From the NCBI GenBank assembly GCA_039096225.1, contig JBBPEB010000002.1, forward strand, positions 1,178,001 to 1,242,000: a stretch of DNA of 64,000 nt, in the 5' to 3' direction. This document shows, piece by piece, positions 19,361 to 37,966 of the stretch. The stretch is from Blastocystis sp. Blastoise (lineage: Eukaryota > Protista > Bigyra: Opalinata). Position 1 is the stretch's first letter; the number at the start of each line of letters is the position of its first letter. The notes beneath the pieces are model-generated. The model did no database searches, was not told where the DNA came from, and worked only from the letters and a program-made list of their open reading frames with translations. A program made the translations under genes and the position numbers.

Positions 19361-22877
<3,517 letters not shown>

Positions 22878-24166
22878 GTAAATTTTTATTTATAGTTGAT
22901 TATTCTATAGGATTATTCATATATATAACTATTCTTCTTCTGTATATATATATGCATGTATATATTTGCATTATATAAATATCATATAAAAGTGCATTAG
23001 TGGTTTCCACTAATTATATTAATCTATCTATTTGTATATATAAGTGTATTGTTTTGTATTTAAGAAATATTTTTTTAAATTTATATTTTCAATTATTCTT
23101 TGGAAACTAAGTTATTCTATGTATTGAATATCAAAATAAAAGTATTTCTTTTCGCTTTTTTATAAAAGAAACAATGTAGAATATATCATAATTATACTTC
23201 TTAATGTTGTTAAAGAACCTATTCAAAGATAATATATTTTTTATTCAAAGTTTTGTATCGTGACTAACACTTCTATACTTAAATATTATTCATATTTATA
23301 ATGATATGATCTTATAAATCATTTTTAGTTTGGTATAATTCTGTTTCTTGTCTATTAAATAAACAGATATATAAAAGAAAGTATCCATGAATACTTTAAA
23401 GGCTGAAAACCAAACAATAATATATAGATAAAAGCGAAATAAACTATTTAACTAATAATGCAAACAATATATAAATATAAATATATCAATTAGATATAAA
23501 CAAAATCACAAAATATGTATAAAAATGAGAAAAATAATTACACTAACTATTATTTTAATAAAAATATAAATAACTATATATATAGATAGAAATCAACTAC
23601 TATAAAATTGGCTTAAAAAATGATAAAATAATATTGATATATATAGAAAAAAAAAAGAAATATTTATGTAAAATGAATATATATACATATATATATAAAT
23701 AAATACATACGTAAAATGACAGCGTTCCAACAATAACAGTAGATAATCACGGGAATAAATGAAAATCAGAGAGTACTAATAAAAGAAATTCTAAAAAAAG
23801 AATCATTAAGATAATCGTGGGGATTATGAAAATGACATAATGTATATGAATAATATATATTAATGAATACAGAACAAAAAAATAAGACAAATTTAAAGAA
23901 TATAAAAAAAAAAAAACGAAATAACGAAACAAAAAAAATAAAAAATAAATAAAACACATTATTAAGAAATGACATATTTAAAGACTAATCGAAATAAATA
24001 AATAAATAGTGATTTAAAACTATTTATAAAAATAACTAGAAATAAATGTGAAAACACAAAAAGAGAAAAAAAAGAAAACTAACCTATTTTTAAGTATTTA
24101 TAGGTATATATAGTAACAATATAAAACATATATATAAATATATAAATATATAAATATATATATATA

Positions 24167-25748
24167 TTAAATGACTTCTACACTAGAAGCTCTTCGGCGA
24201 TAAATCGAAGTAACACCTGAAGAAGTAGGAGAGAGTCCCATATTCCCGTGGTTATTCTCTGTATTGACAAGATGAGAATGATCAAGATTATTTCCTCGTT
24301 GTGGTAACGTTGGCGGGATTTCAAGGCGGGCAGCAACAGTTTTGCGTGGCGGGAGTGGTGGCGGTATATCTTTGGTGGGTGAGGGATTAGCGAGAGCACG
24401 TGGGAGATGATATACAATATAAACAGGTCGTGGAGAAGGAGATAGGAGATGAGAGGGTTTGGCGGGCAACGGTGGCGGTATGGGTTTGGAGGTTGTTAAT
24501 GTACGAGGGGGAGGGGGTGGGAGTCTTCGAATAGTATTTCTGTTTTGTATATCTTTATTCTTGATTGTGTTTTTATTAGTAATATTATTGTTTTTGTTAA
24601 CGTTATTAATTGATTGTTGAGAATTTGGAAGAATAGAAGAAGAGAGAGGAGATATATTATTATCTTTATTCTTATTGGTTAATGATGAGGAGAGAGGGGA
24701 TATACTGGGTGCGTCACATGAAGAGGGAGAGGGATCCAACAATGAGAATGAAATACCTTCTTTATTGTGTTTTTGTGTTTCTTGTGATTGAGATACTGTT
24801 ACATACGTTGAGAGATTATGCAGTTCATCAACGTCAACAAACGATTGTGAACGTCTTCGATTATAAGCATGTGTTGGGGAATAAGAATATACATATAATA
24901 ATGTAGAATCTGTAGGTATATCAAGAGAAGGATTATTATTATTGGCATTATTATTAGCATTATTATTAGAAGAAGAATTAGGAATATCTTCAAATGTATT
25001 GCATATAGAAGATCGTGAATTTCCTATATATATATATAATATAAAAAGAAATACTATATATATATAAATACGGATAGAAGATTGTTTATGATTATTTTGA
25101 TCACTTTCATCAGATTTTACTGTCGAATTCGATAGAATAGAACTGTTTGACGCACGTGAGTGAAAGCTTTGACTTAATCGTTTTGAATATACAGCTGATA
25201 CTAATAATAATAAATATAACATAAAATAGAATATATAATAAATATAACATAAAATAGAATATATAATAAATAAAATAACCAATGAATATAAGATAAAATA
25301 TAATAATAAACATAAACTATAAAAATACATACAAATTGAATCTGGAGATTCATATAAATAGAATGACACATTTCCCGCTCGTTTTTTATTATTTATTGTA
25401 TAAAGAACTGTAAGATAATGTTCTAAACATAGAATAAATGAATCATAGATGATATTGAACTAACATATATTATTAGAATTACCTCTATTCAGTTCGAAGG
25501 GTGGAAATGTACAAGTATATTTCTTTTGAGAATCGATATATCTGTAAAAAGTCATAATTCAATAAGAAAAATATAAATAAAATATAAATAGGATATATAT
25601 ATCACATTGAATCGTCTTTGACCATTCCAAACTAAGAACAAATTCACTCTCGAATTCTAATTATAATTTAAATGAGAAAATAATAAATAATCAATACTGT
25701 TGATACACGACGAGGTGATCTGATTCGTCTGAAATGTAGTATTATCAT
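24167..25748 (-). CDS. Hypothetical protein: C2-like N-terminal beta domain plus Ser/Pro-rich tail (PPPLPxR/K SH3-ligand-like motifs)
   Basis: Spliced ORF MIILHFRRIRSPRRVST|NSRVNLFLVWNGQRRFNVIY|RYIDSQKKYTCTFPPFELNR|EHYLTVLYT...; tail LPPPPPR, PPPLPAKP, PPPLPPRK. Start and domain call are tentative. Confidence 0.6.
25544..25596 (-). other. Probable U12-type AT-AC intron (53 nt)
   Basis: 5' ATATCCTAT, 3' AATTATGAC-TTTTTAC; phase 0/0 restores the frame, whereas the GT-AG options hit stops. An AT-AG reading is also possible. Confidence 0.6.
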
Positions 25749-26809
25749 ATAAAAAAACACATTGCATCAATCGATATCCTAGATCCTCTTGAATATAAAC
25801 TGAGATGTCTTGTATCTTATATATATGACTCATCTAAAGACAAAAGAATAAAACAAAACAATAATAATGCTGTTTTAGTATGAATAATTCTCAGAAAGAT
25901 TTCTGTACACTTTTTTTTATTCTTGAGGTTTTTAAGCGGAAAAATTGTTGATTTTCTGTTGTTTGTAAAGTTTCTGTCTTCATTTACTATTTTTGTATGT
26001 TATCCAGTGTATATATGGAAAATCCAAATGATTAAAACATGGTGAGTATTTCAGGTAATCATAGGTAGTATTCTCAGATAATAGTTTGGTAAAGTTGAAC
26101 ATAAAACATTTGCTTTTGATTATTTTTCTTAATTGAATTCACAGATAAGTGAATATAATGTAAACAATACTCAGATTTATGACTGACCATCAAATTGTAT
26201 TTAAGAAAAAGTACTTTTTGTTCGTTTCTTGTTTTCAATAGAATTCTACTATTTCTTTTGGTTAAATAAATAGATATAGTTCGTTAGATGCAATTGAAAT
26301 GAAATAATAATTAATAAATATTTACATCTTCACAAGTAAAGTTTTTATACAGTTTAATATATAATGATTTCATTTGGACTTTATTTCTTAACTTGATACA
26401 TGCTGTCAATAACAAGAAAATACAGAAAAACAGCAAGACACTCCAATCTTTAGAAATAATTTCTATTCTTTTAATAGTCAAATAAGGGTTTGTAAACTAC
26501 TCGTTTCATAATCAAGAATTGAACAATAGCAGAACAATCTTTATTTAAAAAAATGTGAAAACAAGACAATTCTAGAAACCTGAATGAAAATTTAGAATAT
26601 AAGAGCTGAAAACATGGAATCCCGTGGTTATCTTGTCGAGTGGAAAAAATTGAAAAAAAATCACAAAACAATAGAGAAATTAAAGAGCGAAGTCATTCAT
26701 TTTTATTTTAAATCCTTTCATTCAATACCTAAAGGGGTCTTCAAATTCATTGTCAATTCCTTGAGTAGAAGTCATTACTAATCATTTACATTCAGTCTTA
26801 TCAAATAAT

Positions 26810-28138
26810 ATGGATTATTATAATAGAGTATGTATTTTATTTCCTTTTGAAATTGCTTCTGTTTCATGTACATATTGTCTAAGATGTCCATAGAGCATTC
26901 TATCTTATTTTAGTCTTTATATCTAATTTATTTGTTCATCTATAGCCATATCCTAATAAACGACCTGCACCCTACGATCGACAAAGTATATATATATATA
27001 TATATATCTATACATATATAAACCTTGGCTATTTCCTTTTTTTCTATGTTAAACTGCTTTTAAATGACTTTTGCTATTTTCAACTAATTTCCATACTCAT
27101 ATTTATATTTTTTTAATTATAGCTAAAAATATAAGGAGCGAGCATTCAAATTTCTCATATGGAAGAGATAGAACATATGAAGTTAATTTCGAACAAGATT
27201 CTCGGTATCCAATGCGTCCTATGACTGATCGAGATCCTACTCTATATCCGACTCGAGATTATCAAAATCCTAGATATATGCCTCCCAGATCAAATATGAG
27301 ACCTGTTCAGAATATTGATAATCGTCCTCGTGTCCCTACAAATGTTCGTCCAAAAGAGCATGGAGCTTATCCAAGATCCACTTGGACAGCTAATAAATAT
27401 GAGAGACCCATAAAAAATCACATACAACATGATTCTTCGTATCTTCGAGAAGATACTTATTCATTAGATGTTATTGAAAAACAAGTATTTCTTTATTAAT
27501 ATATATATTGTTTTTATTATTTTCTTCATGTTAAATTCTGTTTTATCACTTTAAAATGTTTTTTTTATTCTTATTGTGTGTATATTATTTTCTTTTAGAT
27601 GCTTTTATTAGTTTTTTTTTCTCATATACGTTTGCTATCGCTTATTATTATTATCATTATCATCTCTTTAATAAATGAATAAATATGCTATTGTTAAGTT
27701 ATAATCAGTTTTATTTATGTATGTTCTTGAAAATATTAAATATAGAGCATTTTATTTGCGATTATACTTAAAATCATATCTTATTTATTTATTTTTGAAA
27801 TTTGTTTCTTGTTGTTTTATTTGTTTTTTCTTTTGTTATTCTTCTTTTTTTCATCTGTTTCTATCATGTATTCATATATACATGATTTATATTGTTATTC
27901 TTTTTTTCTTTCTACAACAGTGTATGAAATCTAAAAGAATGTTATTAAAAGAAAAAATGATGAATCATATATTATATTCTTCAAAGAAAATTATCATAAA
28001 TACTTTTTATTCAAACAAAATTATTATCTTATACATATTTATATATAGGTATCAAAAGAAGCCAAAGAAAAACGAGCTCTTTTATTAGATAAAATAAAAC
28101 AAGAATTGGAAGCAACTAAATATAAACCACGCTTTTAA
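26810..28138 (+). CDS. Hypothetical Arg/Pro/Tyr-rich small protein, ~5 exons
   Basis: MDYYNR|PYPNKRPAPYDRQ|...YPMRPMTDRDPTLYPTRDYQNPRY...|CMKSKRMLLKEKMMNH|VSKEAKEKRALLL...YKPRF*; last intron boundary uncertain. Confidence 0.6.
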
Positions 28139-29359
28139 TAATATATCAGTGAGTATGAATTTATTACTCATTTGTAAATACCTTTCTCTTTTCATAAAAA
28201 CATTTTTCTTTTTTTAAAATTATTCTATAAATATTTTTCTTCTTTTCCTATTTTCTTTATTATCAATACTTACTATATATGTATTTTTGGGTTCTTCTTT
28301 TGTTTTGTTGTTCATAACATATATAAAACATGACAGTTTTACTTTATAATACTTTCTTTTCGTTATGCCACTATATATGTTTTAAGATATATAGATGGAT
28401 GCTAATCAATACAAAATAATATATGAGGAAAAGCAAGTTTATAATTCCTTAGTAGATATTTCTTCTAATTTGATTTAAACAACGTTTCCTTCATTCATAT
28501 ATATATTTGAATCGATTAAGGACATACTAATAACTAAAGAAAAATAGTATAAATAAAAAATAGGCTTCACACGCAGCAAAAAACCAAAACTTCTCTACTA
28601 AAATAATGGTTAAGAAAAATGAAGTTCAAAACAAAAACTAATCATTATGAATAAAAGAACTAACTGAACTTCGGCCATATACACAGGTAAAACTTCTTGA
28701 AAAAGAACACATGAATATCCAAAATGAATACGAATTTGAATGGGATTAATCCCGTTGTTCACGTATCAACAATAGTATATTATAAATAGATATCTATTGA
28801 ATGGTATTGAAAATAATCAAATCTAGAAGTAATTAAGAAATGTTTTCCTCACAAAATGACGAAATTCACGACTTTATTTGACATCCTGCAGAGAAATCAA
28901 TAAAAACCATGAATACTACAAATTAGAAAATCACATGATTTATGAAGAAATAATAGGAAAGAGGCGAAAGACACTTTTTGGCGGAGTATTTACGCTAAAT
29001 GCGACAAGAGGAAAAATAGTAAAAATGCGTCATCACAGAATAGAATTCGATTCTATTCTTTTTTCCGATTTGAACTTCTTTTTCGATGACACTTCTCCAT
29101 AATAATAACAATAATTCACTTAGATTTATAGAAAAATGAAACATTTCGATTCTTTTTTGAACGTTAGTTATTTTGTATCCAAATTAATCCGAAAAGTATT
29201 CAGAAAATGTCCACTGTTTCCTATTATCCTATTATTCGTGTTCCCAAAGCCAATCTTTGATAATACCAATAAAAAAGATAATGAAAAAGAAAAGATGAAA
29301 GAATAAAAGTAATTTCTTTCATATTTCTTTTTTTTTAATACTTTTAAAAGTAATAAAAT

Positions 29360-32300
29360 ATGAGATTCTTTTTATTATGCTTATTTATTGCCTTAAGTAT
29401 ATTATTATCACTTATTCATATTATTCAATTTGATTTATAGCTTTGGCACAATGTACTTCTAACCAAGTTAGTGTAACTCTTCGAAGAACTTATAAAGGTT
29501 CTGCTACTCAAGAGGGTATTCAAATCTGGCAAGGTAATTACCAAACTGGTACTTTAATTGGTGAATGGGATGGTAATGGAAAGGATAATACTGTTCAATC
29601 CTATTCTCTCTGTCTTTCATCTACTTTACATACCGTTGTTGCTACTGATGGTGGTAAGGATGGTTGGACTAATGGTTCTATTTTTGAAATTATGACTCGT
29701 TCTGGTATTGTTATTCTTAAGGGAACTCTTGATAACTTTGCTATGCTCACATTCACTTTCTATCGTATTTATAGTTTTTTATTTATTATCTTTTATATAT
29801 ATTTTTTTGATTTTTTGATTTTTATATTTTTATATTTTTATTTTTTTATATTTTTTTTTAAATTTTTATTATTATTCAATAATTTCTTTATTTCTATAAA
29901 TTGTTATCTATAAATTATTATTATTTTCTTCTTTTTATTTAATTAAAACTATATATTTTTTTAGCTGCTTTTACTATAAAATCTACTGATTCTTGGAAAT
30001 ATTCAGCTGTCGCTCAAAGTGGTAATCAATGGACTGCTGCTGGTTTTGCTGATTCTACTTGGACTTCTTATGCTCCTGGTTCTTTCCCTGAAGTTTCTTC
30101 TATTACTAGATATTTCCGTGCTGTTGCTACTGTTCCTTCTAATAAGAATAACTTTGCTATTATAGATTGTGGTGCTTTTACTAAAGATGGTGTTGCTATT
30201 TATATTAATGGTCAAGAAGTATATCGTCGTAATATTCCTACTGGTGCTTCTGGTAGTACTCCTGCTACTACTGTTGATGCTAATGCTGCTTACAGACGTG
30301 TAACCATTCCTGTTTCTTCTTCTTTTATTACTGGCTCTACTATTACTATGGCTGTTGAAATCCATGGTGCTTCTGCTACTCCTGTTGCTGAAGATTTTAT
30401 GGGTGTTCTTCTTTTTGTCTATGGTCCTACTGTTGCTCGTAATATCGATTATACTGCTAATGCTGAAAGACCTGCTGATTATGCTCCAGAACCTATTAAT
30501 CAAGCTTTTGATGGTGATATTCAAACTAAATGGTATGCTGCTTCTCTTCCTATTTGGGGTGAAATGCAATTTAATAATGGTAGAAGAGAATGGGTTAATA
30601 GATATATTTTAACTGTTGGTAACTATGATGTTAATCGTAGACCTACTTCTTGGAAGATTTTTGGTTCTAATGATGGTTCTACTTATACACTTCTTGATTC
30701 TAGATCTTATCCTATTTGGGATGGTTATAGATTAGGTAATACTTATGAATTAAATACTAATGGTGTTGCTTATAATATTTATCGTATTCAAGTTTTAACT
30801 ACTGGTGGCACTGAATTTGAACTTGGTGAATTACAATTCTATGCTACTACTAATCCTATTGAAACTCCTTCTCTTTCTTATGGTACTACTTCTTTATCTT
30901 TAATTGCTAATATGGATGAAAAAATTATTTATCCTACTCAAAATGGTTTCCAAAACTTTGCTATTAATCCTGTTCCTGATGAAACCAAAGGACTTATTTT
31001 TGATACTGTTGCTGGATCTTTCAAACTTTATCCTAATGCTGCTATTACTGCTACTCAATATCAAATCACTGCTCAACATGCTTCTAATTCTCAAACTTAT
31101 ACTACAAACCTTCTTATTTCTGTTACTGAATGTACTTCTCCTAATATTCGTTTCAATATCTATCAACGTGTAGCTAAAGCTGGTACAACTGGTGAACCTG
31201 AAACTGTCTCTCTTTTTAATAGTGCTAATATTCAATTATTTACTTCTTCTTTAACACCTTCTGATGCTAGTAGTTTTATTGATAAAACTCATAAATTCTG
31301 TCAAACTCCTGGTATCTATAGTGTCAAGTTATCAGCTACATCTACTGCTGGTTTCTCTTTAACTTCTTATACTTCTGTTGATATATATAGAGAAGATGGT
31401 TCTAAATTTGTTGCTTCTAGAACAAATCTTGTTGCTGATTCTTCATTATCTTTCAAGATTGATTTATCTTTCAATAAACCTTCTTCTATTAAAGCTTTAA
31501 TTAATACTTCTACTATTCCTACTGGTTGGAATACTCTTTCTTTTGCTGATTCTACTTGGACTGCTTTTACTACTACTACTCCTATGACTTCTTCTACTAA
31601 ATATGCTTTATACAGAGCTTCTTTTACTATAACTTCTTCTTCTGATATTCAAGGTTGGGAACTCCATTATAGATCTAATGCTGGTACTATTGTTTATTTA
31701 GATGGTGTTGAACTTGCTAGATTCTATGTTCCTCTTACCGGTGAGATTACTAGTACTACTGCTGCTACTGGTGGTTCTGCTACTTATTCTTGGAGAACTA
31801 TTACTGGTTCTATGTCTCAATTATCTATTGGTACTCATGTATTTGCTATTGGTACTGTTGCTTCTTCATCTTCTTTTGCTACTGATCCTCTTGATTTCAA
31901 TTGTTTTGTTCGTTTAATGGCTGATTCTAATACTAATTCTAGAACTTGGAACATGGGTAATCGTCAATCTTCTTATGTTTGGGATGATTGTAAAGCTGAT
32001 AAATTATTTGATTCTAATTATAATACTCGTTTTGCTGCTTGGTTTAAAGATGGCTATCCTGCTCCTCAATGGGGTGCTGGTAATATTAATGGATGGTCTT
32101 TTGAAACTTTCAATAAATATTGTATTGTAAGTGGTTGGGATGCTCCTCAACATGATCCTAAGAAAATTACTCTTTCTGCTTCTTCTGTTGGTTGGGATGA
32201 AGATACTTTTGAAGTTATTGATACTCAAGAAAACATTGTTTTTGATGGAAGATCTCAACGTATTTGTTTCTATATGCCTACTGTTACTAAAGCTTATAAT

Positions 32301-34490
32301 ATATTTAAGATTTCTGCTCTTGAAACAAATGTTGCTCCTCCTGATAATGATAAATTTATTCTTGCTGAATTAGAATTCTATTTAATTGATTTCAATAAAC
32401 TTACTATTCCTCCTCTTGCTTATTCTGCTTCTTCTGTTACTGGTTATACTAATTCTCAAATTACTTCTTTATATCCTACTTCTGAATATTATAGACAATT
32501 TACTGTTTCTCCTGCTCTTCCTACTGGTATAACTCTTTCTGCTTCTACTGGTACTATTTCTGGTACTCCTACTGCTCCTTCTTCTGGTACTTATACTATT
32601 TCTGCTACTGGTATTACTGGTACTGCTACTACTGTTAGTGTTACTATTACTATTCAAGCTTGTACTTTACCTAATGTTTTCTTCAAATTATATTTCACTG
32701 GTATGGATGATGCTAATGCTTATCAAAATGGTTTCTCTCTTAGTAATATGGCTGGACAAGTTATTGATAAATTAGATACTTTCCCTAATTATTTACTTAC
32801 TGGTTTAACTCGTGGTTATTGTCAACCTTCTGGTGCTTATTTATTAACTTTAACTGATACTTATAGAGATGGTTGGGGTAATGCTATGGTTACTGTTTAT
32901 AATGATGATGAAACTACTATTGTTCAAGATACTCTTCTTTCTGGTGAATCTCCTAAACAAATCTATATTAATGTTGGCTATTTATTAAGATTTGGTCAAA
33001 CTACTTGGAAATATACTAATGTTGCTCAAACTTCTTCTGCTTGGACTGCTACTACTTTTAGTGATGCTACTTGGTCTTCTGGTCAATCTGGTTCTTTCAC
33101 TGGTTTAACTGGTAATACTGTTTATTATAGAGGTTCTTTCTCTGTTAGTAATCTTAATTTATATTCTCTTTATGAAATGACTTTTAAGATTAGAGCTGGT
33201 GTTATTGTATATATGAATGGTAAAGAAGTTTATAGAGTTAATCTTCCTGCTACTGGTGTTGCTTCTAATACTTTAGCTACTAGTGAATTAGCTGAAGTTG
33301 CTTCTGTTATTACTAGTGAATCTACTCAATATGGTAATATGATTGAAGGTAATAATGTATTTGCTGTTGAAATTCATAGATATAGTGATACTCAAGAAAC
33401 TACTTTTGATGCTCAAGTATCTCTTCAATTATCAGGTTCTAATAGAATTGGAGGTGGTACTATTAGTACTAATGTTCCTGGATATGAAAGTAGTTCTTAT
33501 CATGAAACTGAAGAAAATGCTTTTGATGGAAATATTAATACTAAATACTATGGTAAAGGTTGTGGTAAGACTATTTGGTTAGAATATACTTATGAGCATA
33601 ATACTAAAGAATTTGTTTCTTCTGCATCTATTACACGTGGTAATAACGCTAATCGTATGCCTACTTCTTTTATTCTTTCTGCTTCTAATGATGGTGTTAC
33701 TTATAAACAATTAGTAGCTGATTATAATATGACTTTTGGTGCTTATAAAACTGCTGCTGGTACTAGAAATTATGATTTCTTTAATAAAGCTGCTTATAAT
33801 AGATATAGATTCTCTTTTGATACTCGTTCTTGTTCTGAAGGTTTAGAAATTTCTGAATTAGCTCTTACTTCTAAGAGAATCGGTACTACTTGTCCTGCTG
33901 AAGGTTTATACGAAGAAACATTATCTGGTGGTAATGGTTGGAAAGAATGTGGTAGTTATTATTATGGTTCTGTTATTCGTCCTTGTACTAATGGTGTTTG
34001 GGGAACTGAACAAAGACAATGTGAAGTTGTTGCTCCTCGTGCTTTCAATTATACTGCTAAATCTTATGTTTTTAAGACTAAGAGAAACAATGCTACTCCT
34101 GTTCCTTATTATGAAGCTGCTGAAGCTAATTTCACTGTTTCTCCTGCTCTTCCTGCTGGTTTATCTATTAATGTAAATAATGGTATTATTAGTGGTTCTC
34201 CTCAAGCTGATTTTGCTGAAAAGGATTTCCTTGTTACTCTTATGAATGCTAAGGGATCTGCTACTTATACTGTTACTCTTAGTTCTATTGCTGCTGGTGG
34301 TATTGAAGGATGGGGTGTTGCTCTTATTGTTATCGCTTGTATTGTTATTGTTATCTTCCTTGCCTTTGTTGTTTTCATTGTTCTTAATAGACGTAAGGGA
34401 TCTAAGAGAGGTAATCATAAGGCTATGAAGTCTGGTACTAAAGCTACTACTCCTACTAAGGCTGCTGCTGATAAGAAAGTCAGAATTTAA
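29360..34490 (+). CDS. ~1630-aa type I membrane surface protein with repeated galactose-binding/F5-8C-like and putative Ig (He_PIG-like) modules
   Basis: Signal peptide MRFFLLCLFIAL; two short 5' introns; AFDGDIQTKWY / LFDSNYNTRF / AFDGNINTKYY discoidin-like repeats; FTVSPALPxGxxxxxxxGxISG(T/S)P Ig repeats; Cys-rich module; TM GVALIVIACIVIVIFLAFVVFIVL; basic tail. Confidence 0.9.
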
Positions 34491-34826
34491 AATGTATTGT
34501 ATTTGAGTATTCTATATAGAATATATAGAATAAATATTTGTTATTGCTTATTGTTTTATTTATATTGCTCATTGTTTCTATAATATATATCATTTATATA
34601 TTTTAAGTTTTATATATAAACTAATGTACTTTTCTCAATAAATTGAAATTAATTATAAAATTTAAGAATTCAGTGTTTTGTTTATGCTTTTATAATCGTT
34701 ATGAGAAACAATATAATTTATAGATTAAAAAAGTAATTTATAGAAAATAACAAAACCAAAATATATTTTTAACCATTTCAAGTTAAAAACAAGGAACAAA
34801 AGCTTATTTGATATATATATATATGT

Positions 34827-35468
34827 TTAAACAAGAATATCTGTTTGATTGAATACTATATTATATTTCTTGGCTTCTTTTTCATCAGTTGAAATCAAAC
34901 CATAAGCAGTTAAATGTTTAAGAACTTCTTCATCTTTTATATATAATGTCAGAGTAGAATATTTCTTTAATAATTCCTATATATTTTAATGTATAAATAA
35001 ATAAATAAATAAATATATATATATATAAATATAGATATATATATAAATATAAATGTATAAATATATATATACTTCAAAAGTCATGATAGAAGACATATCT
35101 ATATATAAAGTCGACGAACCATCTAATACTATAGGCTTATTATTCTCTTTAATTATTTTTTCAATTTTCTTTCTATATATATCTCTATTTAAGAAATGAA
35201 CACAAGAAGGAAGTATCACAACTGAATCTATATAGAATAATAATAATAATAAAAAGACATTAATAATAATATATACATTTTTCTTCAGGGAGAGATAATT
35301 GCTCATTCTTTATATTCAAAGCTATATATATGTAAATAATAATAATAAATAGAAATAATTAAACTATATATATATACCTTTCTTAAAGCATGCCACAATC
35401 ACGTGATATAAAATAATAAAAAGATTTGAACCAAAATTATATTTTATACCAGCTATACATATGAATAA

Positions 35469-35522
<54 letters not shown>

Positions 35523-36043
35523 CATATAATAATAATAATAATAATAAATACCATGTTTAAGGTTAACAATTGAACATTTGACGAGTAGACACAAAAGAGA
35601 AGTCGATATTCCCACGATTAAACCAGCTTCTGTGCCCATACATATATTCGCTAAAGAGCAGAAAAGGAAGGCCAAGAAATCGCATATATCAACTTTATAA
35701 CAAGTTACTATTTCATATAACTATATATAGAATAGTATATATATAGATTATTATATATAGTAATAAATATATATATATATATAAATAAATAAATAAATAT
35801 ATATAAATATATATATATATAATTGTTTAAATAAAGAAATTAAATTGACTTCAACGATAGCAGCCAGGGTACTGTTAGGAAGATATTTAATGATATCTAT
35901 ATATATATATATATAGTTATATAGTTATATATATACCAGTTAGTGTATAAAGAGTAATAATAATAATCACGGGAGAAACGAAATTATGAAAAGCAGTTTG
36001 AGCATCTATATATCATCATAAGTATATATAATATTGTTAATAC

Positions 36044-36084
<41 letters not shown>

Positions 36085-36186
36085 TATATATACGTAAGTT
36101 ATCAACTAGCGCGGTTCTCGAGAGGGATCCACAGGCGGGATAACAGGATAAGAAGGAGCCCGCCATATTACTGATACCTATGAAGG

Positions 36187-36269
<83 letters not shown>

Positions 36270-37966
36270 AATGCGATTAATTCTTGATTTTCATCAACGT
36301 GATAATTATGCTATATATATATATATAATAAATATATAAATATAAATATATATACTTTTCTAGCATATAATTTTCCAAGTGAAAAAGTGATAACGAATGA
36401 AATAATAGCAACAATAAAGGTACCTATAGAATAATAAACATATAATAATAAAATAATAATAATCATGGGAATATAACTATTTACCTGGAATAAGTTCAGT
36501 CACGTGATCAAAAGAGGGAATACGGAAAGATGGGAAACCTATATATATATAATAATGATAATAATAAATATAAAATACCCGCGGGAATAGGTTGATCACC
36601 AAGAATTTTAATATTATAATTCGTTTTTAAGTCGAAAATCCAACTTATAAAATCATATAAAGCAACTAATACCAACTCAATCGGTAAGGGTTGTTTAGGA
36701 AGATATTTCTTATTTAATTCTTTCATTATATATAATAATATAGTGGCCGATATACCTAAACCAAACTGCATCCAATTATAATTCTTCATCTATATATATA
36801 AGAATAATAATAAACATAATAATAATAATAAACATAAGAATAATAATAAACATATTAATAATAATTCTCTATACATTTTCTAAACTAAATAATTCAATAA
36901 CAACTCCTAAAAAGTCATCCTTCGTTACTTTAGCATCGAAATAGTGTTTTAATTGTGATCCACCAATATTAAACGCAGAGGAACAAGTAAAAGCAGTAAT
37001 CTATACATATAAATATATATAGAATTATTTCTAAGAAATAATTAAATTTATAGAATTTAAAAAAAAAAAAATCTTTTCAATAAATAATAAAAAAAACATA
37101 CAACTGTTTCTGATAATAAACACGTGATAACTCCTAATCTGCATATGCCAAGGAGAAATAGTATTCCACCTACTAATAAAGATAATAATAATACTGTTTT
37201 TATATATTCATCTAAATTAATATCTGGATTCACAATTGGAGAAACTGTGGAACCAACTAACATAGAGACTATACATATTATTCATAATAAACATAGTAAT
37301 ACTAATAAAATTCTCAAACTCTAATATACAACAATATCTATATATATATATACCCAGAGCAAAAGGACCAATATGTGCTTGCATTGATGTACCGAAAATA
37401 CCATATAAAAATACAGGAATAATACAACAATACAAACCATAAATTGGAGGTAATTTTGCCAACATGGCATATGCCATACTCTATATATATAATGATTAAT
37501 ATATAAAAATCAATTTAAATATACTTGTGGAATGGCCATGATACCAACGGTTAATCCTGCAACACAATCAAATTTTAACTTTTCAAGATTATATCTATAA
37601 GAACAAATTCAATTAAAACATAATACTCATGAAAACTAAGAATTAAATTTTATATATACGTAGCCATCCATTTTGTAATAGGGATGAATTGGTTCATTAC
37701 TCTTTTACATCCTTCACATTTCTATATAAAGTCATAAAGTATATAGTACATCAAAATCAACATACGGGAGAAACCTCAGGACTTTGTTGGGTAGTGTTAT
37801 CGACAACACCATTATCAGTTTTATTCTCATTCACTTCAATAACGTTTTCACCTAGATATTTAAATGATATATGACATATATAAATATTACTAAAATGACA
37901 GTAAAACATACTATTGCTATTTTCTGATAAAAGTGGTTGTTTTGTTTCGTTTTCCGTATTAGACAT
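34827..37966 (-). CDS. SLC26/SulP anion transporter with C-terminal STAS domain (~15 exons)
   Basis: [96 protein letters not shown]. Confidence 0.95.

Noticed and set aside
28878-29102. 74-aa ORF upstream of the surface protein, and similar intergenic ORFs at 26471-26671 and 39750-40010
   Set aside because: No recognisable motif or splice context, and non-ATG starts; probably non-coding.
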